DNA from: an uncultured Actinomycetota bacterium
GTDB lineage: Bacteria > Actinomycetota > Actinomycetes > Mycobacteriales > QHCD01
Assembly: GCA_963837545.1 (NCBI GenBank)
Contig: CAWINQ010000005.1
Coordinates: 49,525 to 113,524 of the forward strand
Length of the DNA: 64,000 nt
Direction of reading: 5' to 3'
The translations under genes were made by a program, and so were the position numbers. This document shows positions 52,439-61,764 of the stretch, piece by piece. How positions within the stretch are numbered: the first letter of the stretch is position 1; each line of letters begins with the position of its first letter. The notes beneath the pieces are model-generated. The model saw only the letters and a program-made list of their open reading frames with translations. It did not search any database and had not been told where the DNA came from.

Positions 52439-54889
52439 TCAGAGGTCGACGGTGGCCGATAGCCGCAGGTCGGCGGCGGACCGGCCGATCCGTACGTCGT
52501 AGATTCCGGGCTCGACTTCCCAACCCGACCCGGGCACCCAATGCGCGAAGGCACGCCGGTCGATCCGCACGTCGACGCGGGCCTCCGCACCGGCCTCGGC
52601 GTCGACCACGGCGTAGCCGGCCAGCCACATCGGCGGTCGGCTGACCTGGGACTGCGGCCGGGACAGGTAGACCTGCACGACGTCGCGACCGGGCCGTACG
52701 CCGGTGTTGCGCACCCGCACCGAGGCGACCGGGTCGGTGCCGGAGGCGATATCGACACCGACGTAGTCCCATGTCGTGTAGCCCAGCCCGTGGCCGAACG
52801 GGTACGCCGGCGTGCGGCCGGACTCGAGCCATGCCCGGTACCCGATGCGGATCCCCTCGGTGTAGTCCAGCCGCCCGCCCTGCGGTACGGCGGAAAGCAC
52901 CGGCGAGTCGGTCTCCTCGGCCGGCCACGTCGTGGGCAGCCGGCCGCCGGGCTCGGCGCGGCCGACGACCACGTCGGCCAGGGCATCCCCGAACTCCTGC
53001 CCCGGGAACCACGACAGGATCACCGCCGCCACCTGCGCGCGCCACGGCATCAGCACCGGCGCCCCGGAGTTGACCACGACGATCGTCCGCGGGTTGGCCG
53101 CCGCGACCCGCCGTACCAGCTCGTCCTGCCGCCCCGGCAACGCCAGGGTGGTGCGGTCGAAGCCCTCGCTCTCGATCTCGTCGGTGGTGCCGACCACGAC
53201 GATCGCCGCATCGGCGTCGCCGGCCAGCGCGACGGCCCGCTCCAGGGCCTCCTCGTCGGTGGGCATCGGAGGCTCGGCCCCGAGAACGATGCTCATCACG
53301 GGGATCTCACCGGCCCGCTCGTGCCGCGCCCGCAGCCGCACCTCCTGAGCCGCGGCGAGGTCGACGACTGCAGAACGCTCGGGCGGGTCGAGGAACGCCG
53401 CGAACGCCTCACTCGCATCGACGGTGATGTCCTCGTCGAGGAGCTCCCGCCCGTCCACCTCGAGCCGGAAGCGGCCGACCCCGCGCACGCCGAAGCGGTA
53501 CGGGCCGGCGACGTCGGCGCGGAACACCGTCTCGATCTCGACCGCCGCGGCCCGGGCGAGGTCCTCGTCACCGATCCAGCGCAACGTCCCGGACAGCCGC
53601 CGCTCGTCGACGAGGACCTCGCCGGCCGCGTCGACCAGGTGCACCCGCAGCCCGGGCTCCCCCGACACCGGATCGCGGGTGGCCGCGATCGGCACCGCCT
53701 GCAGGGCGCGGGACGTACGCGCCCCGGCGGCGTAGGACACCTCGACATCGGAACCCAGCCCCGCGCGGAGACCGTCCAGCGGGGACACGAGCCGCTCGGG
53801 GCTCACCCACGCGCTGCCGCCGCCCTGGGTGCGGGCCGTCTCGGCGTTCGGCCCGAGCACCGCGACCCGGCGTACGGTGGCGCGATCGAGCGGGAGGGCG
53901 GCCTCCTCGTTGCGGACCAGCACCATCGCCCGGGCCGCGGTCTCGCGCAGCAGATCCGCCCGCTCCGCCCCCGGGGCCGCCGCCAGGGGCACCGCGGGCG
54001 GGATCCCGTCGAGTGCGCCGACGCGGGCGGCGAGCAGCAGGAGCCGGCGCAGCTTCTCGTCGATGTCGGTCTCGCTGACCGCACCGGCCCCGACCGCAGC
54101 GACCAGTCGCTCGCCCCAGGGTCCGGTCGGCCCCGGCATCACCAGATCGAGCGCCGCCCGGGCCGACTCCTCGGTGCTGGTGGTCGCCAGCCAGTCGGAC
54201 ACGACCACGCCGTCGAAGCCCCACACCGACTTGAGCGGATCGGCGAGCAGCCGGTTCTCGGTCATGGTCGCGCCGTTCACCCCGTTGTACGCCGCCATCA
54301 CCAGCCACGGCCGGGCGTCGCGGATGATCTCCTCGAACGGAGCCAGGTAGAGCTCCCGCAGCGTCCGCTCGTCGACCTGCACGTCGACGGTCATCCGCTC
54401 GGTCTCGGAGTCGTTCGCGACGTAGTGCTTCACCGTCGCCGCCACGCCGCCGGACTGCACACCGCGCACGTACGCCGTCCCGATGCGCGCCGTCAGCAGC
54501 GGATCCTCCGAGTAGCACTCGAAGTGACGGCCCCCGAGCGGGGTCCGGTGCAGGTTGACCGTCGGGGCGAGCAGGACGTCGACACCCTTGCGCCGCGCCT
54601 CCCCCGCGAGCAGGGCCCCGATCCGCTCCACCAGCGGCTCGTCCCAGGTGGCGGCGAGCGCGGTCGGGGACGGGACGTTGACCGAGGTCTCCCGCTCGTC
54701 CCAGGTCACGCCGCGGACTCCGGCCGGCCCGTCGGAGAGCACCATGGCGCGCAGGCCGACGAGCGGCTCGGGATAGGTGCCCCAAAACCCCGAGCCAGTC
54801 AGCAACCGGACCTTCTGCCCGAGATCCAGCCTGCCGAGGGCGCTCTCGATCCGTTCGGCGACGGCCGGGCTCTCTGGGGTCGGATGCAT
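52439..54889 (-). CDS. GH3-family beta-glucosidase (BglX-like).
   Basis: GFWGTYP...VLSDG and the catalytic-region pattern (VVSDWLAT). About 816 aa. Start placed at MHPTPES. Confidence 0.8.
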   Translation of the reverse strand: MHPTPESPAVAERIESALGRLDLGQKVRLLTGSGFWGTYPEPLVGLRAMVLSDGPAGVRGVTWDERETSVNVPSPTALAATWDEPLVERIGALLAGEARRKGVDVLLAPTVNLHRTPLGGRHFECYSEDPLLTARIGTAYVRGVQSGGVAATVKHYVANDSETERMTVDVQVDERTLRELYLAPFEEIIRDARPWLVMAAYNGVNGATMTENRLLADPLKSVWGFDGVVVSDWLATTSTEESARAALDLVMPGPTGPWGERLVAAVGAGAVSETDIDEKLRRLLLLAARVGALDGIPPAVPLAAAPGAERADLLRETAARAMVLVRNEEAALPLDRATVRRVAVLGPNAETARTQGGGSAWVSPERLVSPLDGLRAGLGSDVEVSYAAGARTSRALQAVPIAATRDPVSGEPGLRVHLVDAAGEVLVDERRLSGTLRWIGDEDLARAAAVEIETVFRADVAGPYRFGVRGVGRFRLEVDGRELLDEDITVDASEAFAAFLDPPERSAVVDLAAAQEVRLRARHERAGEIPVMSIVLGAEPPMPTDEEALERAVALAGDADAAIVVVGTTDEIESEGFDRTTLALPGRQDELVRRVAAANPRTIVVVNSGAPVLMPWRAQVAAVILSWFPGQEFGDALADVVVGRAEPGGRLPTTWPAEETDSPVLSAVPQGGRLDYTEGIRIGYRAWLESGRTPAYPFGHGLGYTTWDYVGVDIASGTDPVASVRVRNTGVRPGRDVVQVYLSRPQSQVSRPPMWLAGYAVVDAEAGAEARVDVRIDRRAFAHWVPGSGWEVEPGIYDVRIGRSAADLRLSATVDL

Positions 54890-55022
54890 CGGGGTCTCCC
54901 CACGTGTCGGGTCGGCAGGATCGTGGCACACCCCGCGGCACCGATCCACCGGTGCCGTCTCGGCCGGCCCAGGTCACCTGGTTAGGGTCAAGAAGGACCC
55001 GCCTCGACCCTCGGGAGATCAC

Positions 55023-56447
55023 ATGGCTGCCCAGTTCGGTGTCACCGGCCTCGCCGTCATGGGCCAGAACCTCGCGCGCAACGTCGCCCGGCACGGATTC
55101 CCGGTGGCGGTGCACAACCGCACCGCCAGCCGCACCCAGGCCCTGATCGAGCAGCACGGCAGCGAGGGCGAGTTCGTCCCTGCCGAGTCGCTGAAGGACT
55201 TCGTGGCCGCACTGGAGCGGCCCCGGCGCATCATGATCATGGTCAAGGCCGGACCTGGCACCGACGCCGTGCTCGACGAACTGGTGCCGCTCCTCGACCC
55301 CGGTGACGTCGTCGTCGACGGAGGCAACGCGCACTTCGCCGATACTCGTCGCCGGACCGAGGCGATCAACGCCACCGGCGTGCACTTCGTCGGCTCCGGG
55401 GTGTCCGGCGGCGAGGAGGGGGCGCTGCTCGGACCGAGCATCATGCCGGGGGGCAGCACCCAGGCCTATGACGCGCTCGCTCCGGTGCTCGAGAAGATCG
55501 CCGCCCAGGTCGACGGCACCCCCTGCTGCACGCTCGTGGGCCCGGACGGCGCCGGCCATTTCGTCAAGATGGTGCACAACGGCATCGAGTACGCCGACAT
55601 GCAGCTGATCGCCGAGGCCTACGACCTGCTGCGCAACGTCGGCGGACTGGGGGCCGCCGATCTGGCGGCCGTCTTCGACGACTGGAACACCGGCGACCTC
55701 GAGTCCTTCCTGATCGAGACCACCGCGACCGTCCTCGGGCAGGTGGACGCCCGCACCGGCCGGCCGTTCGTCGACGTCGTCCTCGACGAGGCGGAGCAGA
55801 AGGGCACCGGCCGCTGGACCGTGCAGATCGCGCTGGACCTGGGCGTGCCGGTGACCGGGATCGGCGAGGCCGTCTTCGCCCGGGTGGTGTCCTCGCTCAG
55901 TGACGAACGACGGATCGCCCGGGACCGGCTGACCGGCCCGCGGCCGTCCCCGCGCGCCGACGATCGGCTGGTCGACGACGTCCGCCAAGCGCTCTATGCC
56001 AGCAAGGTCGTCTCCTACGCCCAGGGGTTCGCCCAGATCGCCGCGGGCAGCGACGAGTACGACTGGGGCGTCGACCTGGGCGCCATGGCGACGATCTGGC
56101 GCGGCGGCTGCATCATCCGCGCGCGCTTCCTCGACCGGATCAAGCAGGCCTACGACGACCAGCCCGACCTGCGCAACCTGCTCTTCGCCGACTACTTCGC
56201 CGATGCCGTCGGGCAGGCGCAGGACGCGTGGCGGCGGGTCGTCGCCACCTCGGCCGAAGCCGGTGTCCCCGCCCCGGCCTTCTCCTCGAGCCTCGCCTAC
56301 TACGACCAGCTGCGCCGGGACCGTTCCTCGGCCGCCCTGATCCAGGGCCTGCGCGACTTCTTCGGTGCGCACACCTACCGGCGGACCGACGACGAAGGCG
56401 CGTTCCACACCCTCTGGTCCGACGACCGGAGCGAGGTCCGGGCCTGA
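55023..56447 (+). CDS. gnd: 6-phosphogluconate dehydrogenase (decarboxylating).
   Basis: GLAVMGQNLARN NADP motif. GxxGxGHFVKMVHNGIEYADMQLIAE. GGGAGA RBS. Confidence 0.85.
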   Translation: MAAQFGVTGLAVMGQNLARNVARHGFPVAVHNRTASRTQALIEQHGSEGEFVPAESLKDFVAALERPRRIMIMVKAGPGTDAVLDELVPLLDPGDVVVDGGNAHFADTRRRTEAINATGVHFVGSGVSGGEEGALLGPSIMPGGSTQAYDALAPVLEKIAAQVDGTPCCTLVGPDGAGHFVKMVHNGIEYADMQLIAEAYDLLRNVGGLGAADLAAVFDDWNTGDLESFLIETTATVLGQVDARTGRPFVDVVLDEAEQKGTGRWTVQIALDLGVPVTGIGEAVFARVVSSLSDERRIARDRLTGPRPSPRADDRLVDDVRQALYASKVVSYAQGFAQIAAGSDEYDWGVDLGAMATIWRGGCIIRARFLDRIKQAYDDQPDLRNLLFADYFADAVGQAQDAWRRVVATSAEAGVPAPAFSSSLAYYDQLRRDRSSAALIQGLRDFFGAHTYRRTDDEGAFHTLWSDDRSEVRA

Positions 56448-56459
56448 TCGGGCCGATCA
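56445..56459. terminator. Near-perfect 15-bp palindrome TGATCGGGCCGATCA overlapping the gnd stop codon.
   Basis: Directly visible. Shares the CGGGCCGATCA core with the loops of repeat copies 1, 3 and 5. Confidence 0.25.
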
Positions 56460-56615
56460 CGAACCGAAGACCTTCGCGCAGATGGTGGCCTGATCGTCGA
56501 CAACACGACTAGCCTGGACGGTGGTTGGGCCGTCAGCCTCCTGCATCAATCGCACAGGTGCTGCCGACCGGATCATGCTGCTCCGGTCGCGCCGCACCCG
56601 GTCCGAGGAGCGGCC

Positions 56616-56981
56616 GTGCGTGATCTCGAGAGTTCGACCCCGGACCCGGTCGCGACGTTCCCGGGGCGGCAGACGCTCAGGCTCACGACCAGCCACGACA
56701 GCAGCCACGGCTGGATCGAGATGTCCGGCGAGCTGGACATGTGCACGGCCCCGATGCTCGACGAGGCGATCGGCCGGCTCCGGCATGACGGTTTCGGGGC
56801 GACCGTGGTCCTCGACCTGCGCCAGGTGACCTTCATCGACTGTGCCGGGCTGGGGGTCCTGATCCGCCAGCACGGCGAACTGCGCGACGAAGCCGGCCGG
56901 CTCGTGCTCATGCACCCGTCGCGGGTGGTACGCCGCCTCCTGGCACTGGCCGGCATGGCCACCGAATTCCACATCCGGTGA
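56616..56981 (+). CDS. STAS-domain anti-sigma-factor antagonist.
   Basis: Motif VVLDLRQVTFIDCAGLGVLI. Confidence 0.6.
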   Translation: MRDLESSTPDPVATFPGRQTLRLTTSHDSSHGWIEMSGELDMCTAPMLDEAIGRLRHDGFGATVVLDLRQVTFIDCAGLGVLIRQHGELRDEAGRLVLMHPSRVVRRLLALAGMATEFHIR

Positions 56982-57121
56982 GGGGGCGCCGGGCCGCCGC
57001 CGGCGCCGTGTTGACAGTCCTCGTCGTTGACAGTCCTCGTCGTTGACAGTCCTCGCCGCAGTCGAGCAGACTCTCGGCACGCCATCCGATCGCCGAGCGT
57101 GTCGCCTGAATCGAGGCTGTC

Positions 57122-57586
57122 ATGGTCACCTCGACGTCGCGATCGGTCTGGGCGACCTTCGTGTTCGACCCGCTCGAAAGAGCCGGAACGACCTTCGTCC
57201 AGCAGTTCGTCAACTTCCTCCTCGCGGTCGGAGCGGGCGGCCTGCTGGTCACGCAGAACTGGGCCGGGGCCGCCGACACCGCGGGGTTCGCCGCAATCAT
57301 CAGTCTCATCCTGAGTGTGGCGACGTTCAAGGTGCCGCCGCTGGCGCCGGTGTGGGACCTCGTGATCCGGGTCGTGCGCACCTTTCTCTCGTCGATGGTC
57401 GCCACGCTCGTCGCCGGCACGGCGACGCACAGCGTGGTCCACGCGAGCTGGGAGGCGGCGGCCGCAGTCGCCATCCCGGTGGCGTTCACCGCCCTGCTCA
57501 AGGGCATCGCGGCGCTCGGATTGCACGACACCACAGGCGCTTCATTGATTCCGTCGTCGTGGCGCGACGACGCCGTACCCGGCTAA
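57122..57586 (+). CDS. Holin-like membrane protein (phage r1t-holin-like family) with an internal tandem duplication.
   Basis: Two repeats of the pattern W...ERA..TFVQ...(TM)...W......A.....(TM): residues 10-75 and 85-150. Confidence 0.4.
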   Translation: MVTSTSRSVWATFVFDPLERAGTTFVQQFVNFLLAVGAGGLLVTQNWAGAADTAGFAAIISLILSVATFKVPPLAPVWDLVIRVVRTFLSSMVATLVAGTATHSVVHASWEAAAAVAIPVAFTALLKGIAALGLHDTTGASLIPSSWRDDAVPG

Positions 57587-57613
57587 CAGAGAGGCCCCGC
57601 GGGTGTCGCCGAC

Positions 57614-59068
57614 TCAGACGTCGACGAACTCCAGGTCGAGGAGTTCGGCCACCGCCCGCAGGTCGGCGATGCGGTGCCCGGTGCCGAGTGCCCAGTGGTG
57701 CCCGACGCCGGACGCGCTCCACTCATCCGTCCACAACGCCGGGTCACGACCGAAGTCGACCCGCGAGGTGGTGTTCCCGATCTGGAGCACCGGGCCGGGT
57801 ACGACCTCACCCTGCGAGGCGATGAACCGCAGCCGCCCGTCGCGGGTCTGCCCGATCCCGAACGCCGTCACCGGACCGGGCCGGACGTCGAACTCGACCG
57901 ACACGCCCCAGCCGCGCTTGCCGTGGTAGACCCCGAGGCCGCGCAGCAGCGGTCGACGGGCACTGATCGCCAGGTGGGCCGGTCCGTCGTGCCCCATCTC
58001 GACGACGTCGTCGCGGAAGTTCAACGCCTGCAACTCGGTGAAGGACCCGCCGCCGCCGAGCCGGTCCATCACCAGCATGGCCAGCGACGTACGCAGTTCG
58101 TACTCCCCCGCCGCCGGAATCCCGCGCGCGGTCAGCAGCGAGGCGCCCAGGATCATGCCGGCGCCGAGCCGTTCGTGGATCTCGCCGTCGAGACCGCGGT
58201 GGTAGTAGGCCAGGCTGTCCAGCGAGAAGTCCTCGACCAGCCGGTCGAGTCCCACCGACACCCGCGCGGCCCACCGCAGGTCGTCCTCGGCGACCGACTC
58301 GTCGAGGTCGAAGAGGCTACGGGCGACCTGCACCCGGTCCTCGGTCTGGGGGTCGGTGACCTGTTCCGTGCGCACCCGCAGGTCGTCGAATTCCAGGACC
58401 TCGACGTGCCCGCCGAGCTGCGCCGAGACCATCGTGAGGTCGGTCGAGACGTCGAGCATCCCCGGGTAGAGATGCCCGAGCAGCCCGTGCCGGGTCTTGC
58501 GGAGCTCTCCGCGTACGCCGGCCGCGGTCACCCACCGGTCGATCCGGGCCCAGGCGCGCTCGTCCGCGAGGTAGCCGGACACCGAGCGGAAGGGGATCCC
58601 GGCCCGCTCGAAGGTGTTGGCGATCTCCGGGAGCGGGCAGGCACCGCAGTAGGCCAGCCACTGCCCGGTGTCGAACGTCGCGTGGTCCATCGCCTCGGTC
58701 GGCTGCAGGTTGATCAGCAGCACGGGTGCGCCGGACCGCTGCGCGACGGGCAGAAGCATCGAGGCGGTCAGGTAGGTCGTCAGGAACCCGACGATCAGGT
58801 CACAGTCGGCGACCCGCAACTCCTCCGCGGCGCGGGAGCCGTCGTGCGGGTCGGAGATGAAGCCGACGTCGACCACGTCGCAGCCCGAGGCCTGCAGGCG
58901 GCGGGCCACCGTCGCCGCCGACGCCTTCAGGGTCGGGAGCAGGTCGGGGAACTGGGGCCAGTAGGCGCCCAGCCCGCCGGAGACCAGGCCGACCCTGGTC
59001 GGGCGCCGGGCGTCCGGCCAGAGGTCCACCGCGATCGGGGTCGACTCGATCTCCTGTGCTGTGTCCAT
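57614..59068 (-). CDS. L-arabinose-isomerase-family (AraA-like) sugar isomerase.
   Basis: About 484 aa. Weak N-terminal resemblance to AraA (GLVSGGLGAYWPQFPDLL) and AraA-like size. Family assignment is tentative. Confidence 0.5.
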   Translation of the reverse strand: MDTAQEIESTPIAVDLWPDARRPTRVGLVSGGLGAYWPQFPDLLPTLKASAATVARRLQASGCDVVDVGFISDPHDGSRAAEELRVADCDLIVGFLTTYLTASMLLPVAQRSGAPVLLINLQPTEAMDHATFDTGQWLAYCGACPLPEIANTFERAGIPFRSVSGYLADERAWARIDRWVTAAGVRGELRKTRHGLLGHLYPGMLDVSTDLTMVSAQLGGHVEVLEFDDLRVRTEQVTDPQTEDRVQVARSLFDLDESVAEDDLRWAARVSVGLDRLVEDFSLDSLAYYHRGLDGEIHERLGAGMILGASLLTARGIPAAGEYELRTSLAMLVMDRLGGGGSFTELQALNFRDDVVEMGHDGPAHLAISARRPLLRGLGVYHGKRGWGVSVEFDVRPGPVTAFGIGQTRDGRLRFIASQGEVVPGPVLQIGNTTSRVDFGRDPALWTDEWSASGVGHHWALGTGHRIADLRAVAELLDLEFVDV

Positions 59069-59185
59069 GGCGGTACACATACCCGGTCGCCGCCGCCGCG
59101 TCCACGCGGGGGGCCGGAAACGGCGACTCGACCGGCGCCCGGAAACGGCGATGCGACGGCCCCGGCCGGACGCCATACTGCCCCG

Positions 59186-60184
59186 GTGCTGACCGAGCCC
59201 ACCGACGTCGACCGCACGGCCCTGGCCGCCCTGCTACGCCGCCACTGGTCGCTGCCGGTCACCGTCCTGGATCACCTGCCGGTCGGGTTCGGCAGCCACC
59301 ACTGGGTCGCGGCCGATGAGCAATCGCGGCGGTGGTTCGTCACCGTCGACGACCTCCGTAGCGCCCGCTGGACGGCGGCGGCCTACGACCAGCTGCGGCG
59401 GGCATTCGAGACCGCGGCGGCGCTACGGCGCGAGGCGGGCCTGGAATTCGTCCTCGCACCGACGCCGGACGGCACCGGAGCGGTCGTCCGTCGGCTGGAC
59501 CGGGACCATTCCGTGGCCGTCTTCCCGTTCCTCGACGCCACCAGCGCCGACTTCGGCGAGTTCGCCTCGGCCGACGACCGACGCGCGGTCCTCGGGCTGG
59601 TCGGGCGCCTGCACTCGGCGACCCGCCGGGTCCGGCCGGACCTGCCCCGCCGCGAAGACTTCGACCTGCCCGGCCGCCCGCATCTGCTCGCCGCGATGGC
59701 GCGGACCGGCGAGCCGTGGCGCGCCGGACCGTTCGCCGAGCCGACGCGTGAGCTGCTGCGATCGAATACGGCCGGACTGCAGGATCTGCTGCGCCGCTAC
59801 GACGCAATGGCCGCCGAGGTCGCGACGACGTCCGCGTCGTGGGTGATCACCCACGGCGAACCGCACGCCGCGAACGTCCTCACCGACCGGGAGGGCGCCC
59901 GCCTGCTGATCGACTGGGACACCACCGCCATCGGCCCGCGGGAACGTGATCTGTGGATGCTCACCGACGACGACGCACGGGACTGGGACGCCTACGCCGC
60001 GACCGCGGGCGACGTACCCCTGTCCACGACGGCCCTCGCCCTCTATCGGACCCGGTGGGCCCTCGAGGAGATCTGTGAATACGTCAGCTGGTTCCGGCAC
60101 GACCATGTGCGCAGCAAGGACACCGAGACCGGCTGGTCGGGACTGTCCGACTATCTCCCCGTCCCGGACGGGCTCCGGGGCTAG
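59186..60184 (+). CDS. Aminoglycoside-phosphotransferase-fold (APH/ChoK-like) kinase.
   Basis: Brenner motif HGEPHAANVL and the IDWD metal-binding motif. Confidence 0.65.
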   Translation: MLTEPTDVDRTALAALLRRHWSLPVTVLDHLPVGFGSHHWVAADEQSRRWFVTVDDLRSARWTAAAYDQLRRAFETAAALRREAGLEFVLAPTPDGTGAVVRRLDRDHSVAVFPFLDATSADFGEFASADDRRAVLGLVGRLHSATRRVRPDLPRREDFDLPGRPHLLAAMARTGEPWRAGPFAEPTRELLRSNTAGLQDLLRRYDAMAAEVATTSASWVITHGEPHAANVLTDREGARLLIDWDTTAIGPRERDLWMLTDDDARDWDAYAATAGDVPLSTTALALYRTRWALEEICEYVSWFRHDHVRSKDTETGWSGLSDYLPVPDGLRG

Positions 60185-60825
60185 CCGTCATCGGCAGCCG
60201 GGGTCGACGCGGCGGATCCGTCGGCCTCCCCGTTGGGCGCGGTGGACATGTCGATCCCGGTCCCCGTCCCGGTGACGGCGGCGCGGCGCTTCGCGACGAT
60301 CCCGCTCACCAGCCCGGCGAAGGTCGCGATGTAGAAGAGGTCGAACCCCATCTGCAGGGTGACCACGATCCGCGCGTTCTCACCGGTCGCATGGACGTCG
60401 CCGAACCCGACCGTCGTCAATGTCGCCACGGTCATGTAGAGGCCGTCGACCCGGTTGGTCAGCTCGGCGAACTGACCGGGGGTCTTCGCCATCACGTCGT
60501 AGATCAGGGCGAAGGTGATGACGACGAGGTAGAGCGAGGTCGCGAGCGCCTCGAACCGCACCTGGCGTTGGCCGTGGGTCTGGATGAAGACGCGGATCTG
60601 GCGGACGAGCACCACCAGGAACCACGACCCGACGACGGCGAAGACCGTGAGCCCGACCGGTCCGGGTATGTCGCCCGGCAGCGGCGTCGTGCCGTAGAGG
60701 ACGAGCGCCAGGATGAGGAGGAGGAGGCTGCGGCCGAGTGCCCGCGAGGTGCTGTTCCGCGCGGCCGACGACGTCTTCGGCAACCGGTGGCCGATCCGCT
60801 TCTTCGCCCCAGCATCCGCGGCCAT
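60181..60825 (-). CDS. Two-TM potassium channel (KcsA-like).
   Basis: Selectivity filter TTVGFGD between two TM helices. Confidence 0.75.
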   Translation of the reverse strand: MAADAGAKKRIGHRLPKTSSAARNSTSRALGRSLLLLILALVLYGTTPLPGDIPGPVGLTVFAVVGSWFLVVLVRQIRVFIQTHGQRQVRFEALATSLYLVVITFALIYDVMAKTPGQFAELTNRVDGLYMTVATLTTVGFGDVHATGENARIVVTLQMGFDLFYIATFAGLVSGIVAKRRAAVTGTGTGIDMSTAPNGEADGSAASTPAADDG

Positions 60826-61038
60826 GACCCCAGTCTGGGGAGGCCGACCATGCGGTGACTCACCCGGATGGGGTGAACCCGGCACAGGCGCCGGAATCGT
60901 CACGACGAGCACGCGCGGGCCGTCCGGTCCGACGGCGTCACGGTTACCCGCCCCGGGTGAGGCGCCGGACCCCGTTCCGGGCGCACGCTGAGAGTGTCGG
61001 GCGATTGGGCTCGATGATCATTCGGGGAGGAATCGGGA

Positions 61039-61488
61039 ATGTCACACGGAACGGTTGGGGAGCATGCCTCAGGCACTCCCACTGAGCGCACGGCCGGCGG
61101 CTACGTCGACACGAGCGAACAGGGCGTGATGTCGGGTTGGGTGGTCTTCGCCGGGACGTTCCTCGGCCTGGCCAGCCTGTTCAGTCTCTCGGCAGGCATC
61201 GCCGCACTGGTGAACCGCGCTTTCTTCAACAGCGGTGGCCTCTACTACCACAACTTCACGGCGGCGGCCTGGAGCTGGATCGGGATCGGCGCACTCCAGC
61301 TGCTGGCCGCGATGCTGATCTTCGGCGGCGTCGCCTTCGGCCGCTGGCTCGGCATCGCGCTGGCCTCCATCAGCGCTCTGGCCTGGATGCTCTCCATCGG
61401 CGTCTACCCGCTGTGGGGATTCATCGTGCTGGTGGCGGACGCACTGGTGATCTACGGGCTGGCCGCGCACGGCGGCCGCGACGGCTGA
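61039..61488 (+). CDS. Small 4-TM membrane protein of unknown function.
   Basis: GGGGAGGAA RBS. Four hydrophobic segments. Confidence 0.55.
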   Translation: MSHGTVGEHASGTPTERTAGGYVDTSEQGVMSGWVVFAGTFLGLASLFSLSAGIAALVNRAFFNSGGLYYHNFTAAAWSWIGIGALQLLAAMLIFGGVAFGRWLGIALASISALAWMLSIGVYPLWGFIVLVADALVIYGLAAHGGRDG

Positions 61489-61506
61489 GTCGGACCCGAG
61501 CCGACC

Positions 61507-61764
61507 GTGGGCTATGAATACGAGATCCGTGTCCGCGGTCGCCTCGGTCCGGCTCTGGCCGACGCGTTCACTCCGTTGACCGCCACCGCCACGCCGGTAG
61601 AGACGGTCCTGGTCGGCCCGGTGGCCGACCAGGCCGCTCTGCACGGACTACTGGCGCGTGTGCAGGCCCTCGGCCTCGAACTCGTCGAGATCCGCCGCCG
61701 GACCGAGGTGGCCGACGACCGGGCCGACCGCACCCCGACCCACGCTCACCGGGTCGAGAACTAG
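61507..61764 (+). CDS. Possible small hypothetical protein (MGYEYEIRVRGRLG...).
   Basis: Protein-like N-terminus, but it overlaps the 3' end of the convergent LuxR-family gene by about 116 nt. Confidence 0.3.
   Translation: MGYEYEIRVRGRLGPALADAFTPLTATATPVETVLVGPVADQAALHGLLARVQALGLELVEIRRRTEVADDRADRTPTHAHRVEN

Noticed and set aside
53568-56408. 946-aa minus-strand ORF, and the 814-aa plus-strand ORF 52541..54985.
   Set aside because: They overlap gnd and the GH3 glucosidase, whose conserved motifs lie on the other strand or frame. Arg/Gly-rich artefacts.
57122-57586. Prophage, inferred from the holin-like gene.
   Set aside because: No lysin, terminase, capsid, integrase or att-like features nearby. 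Flanked by ordinary chromosomal genes.
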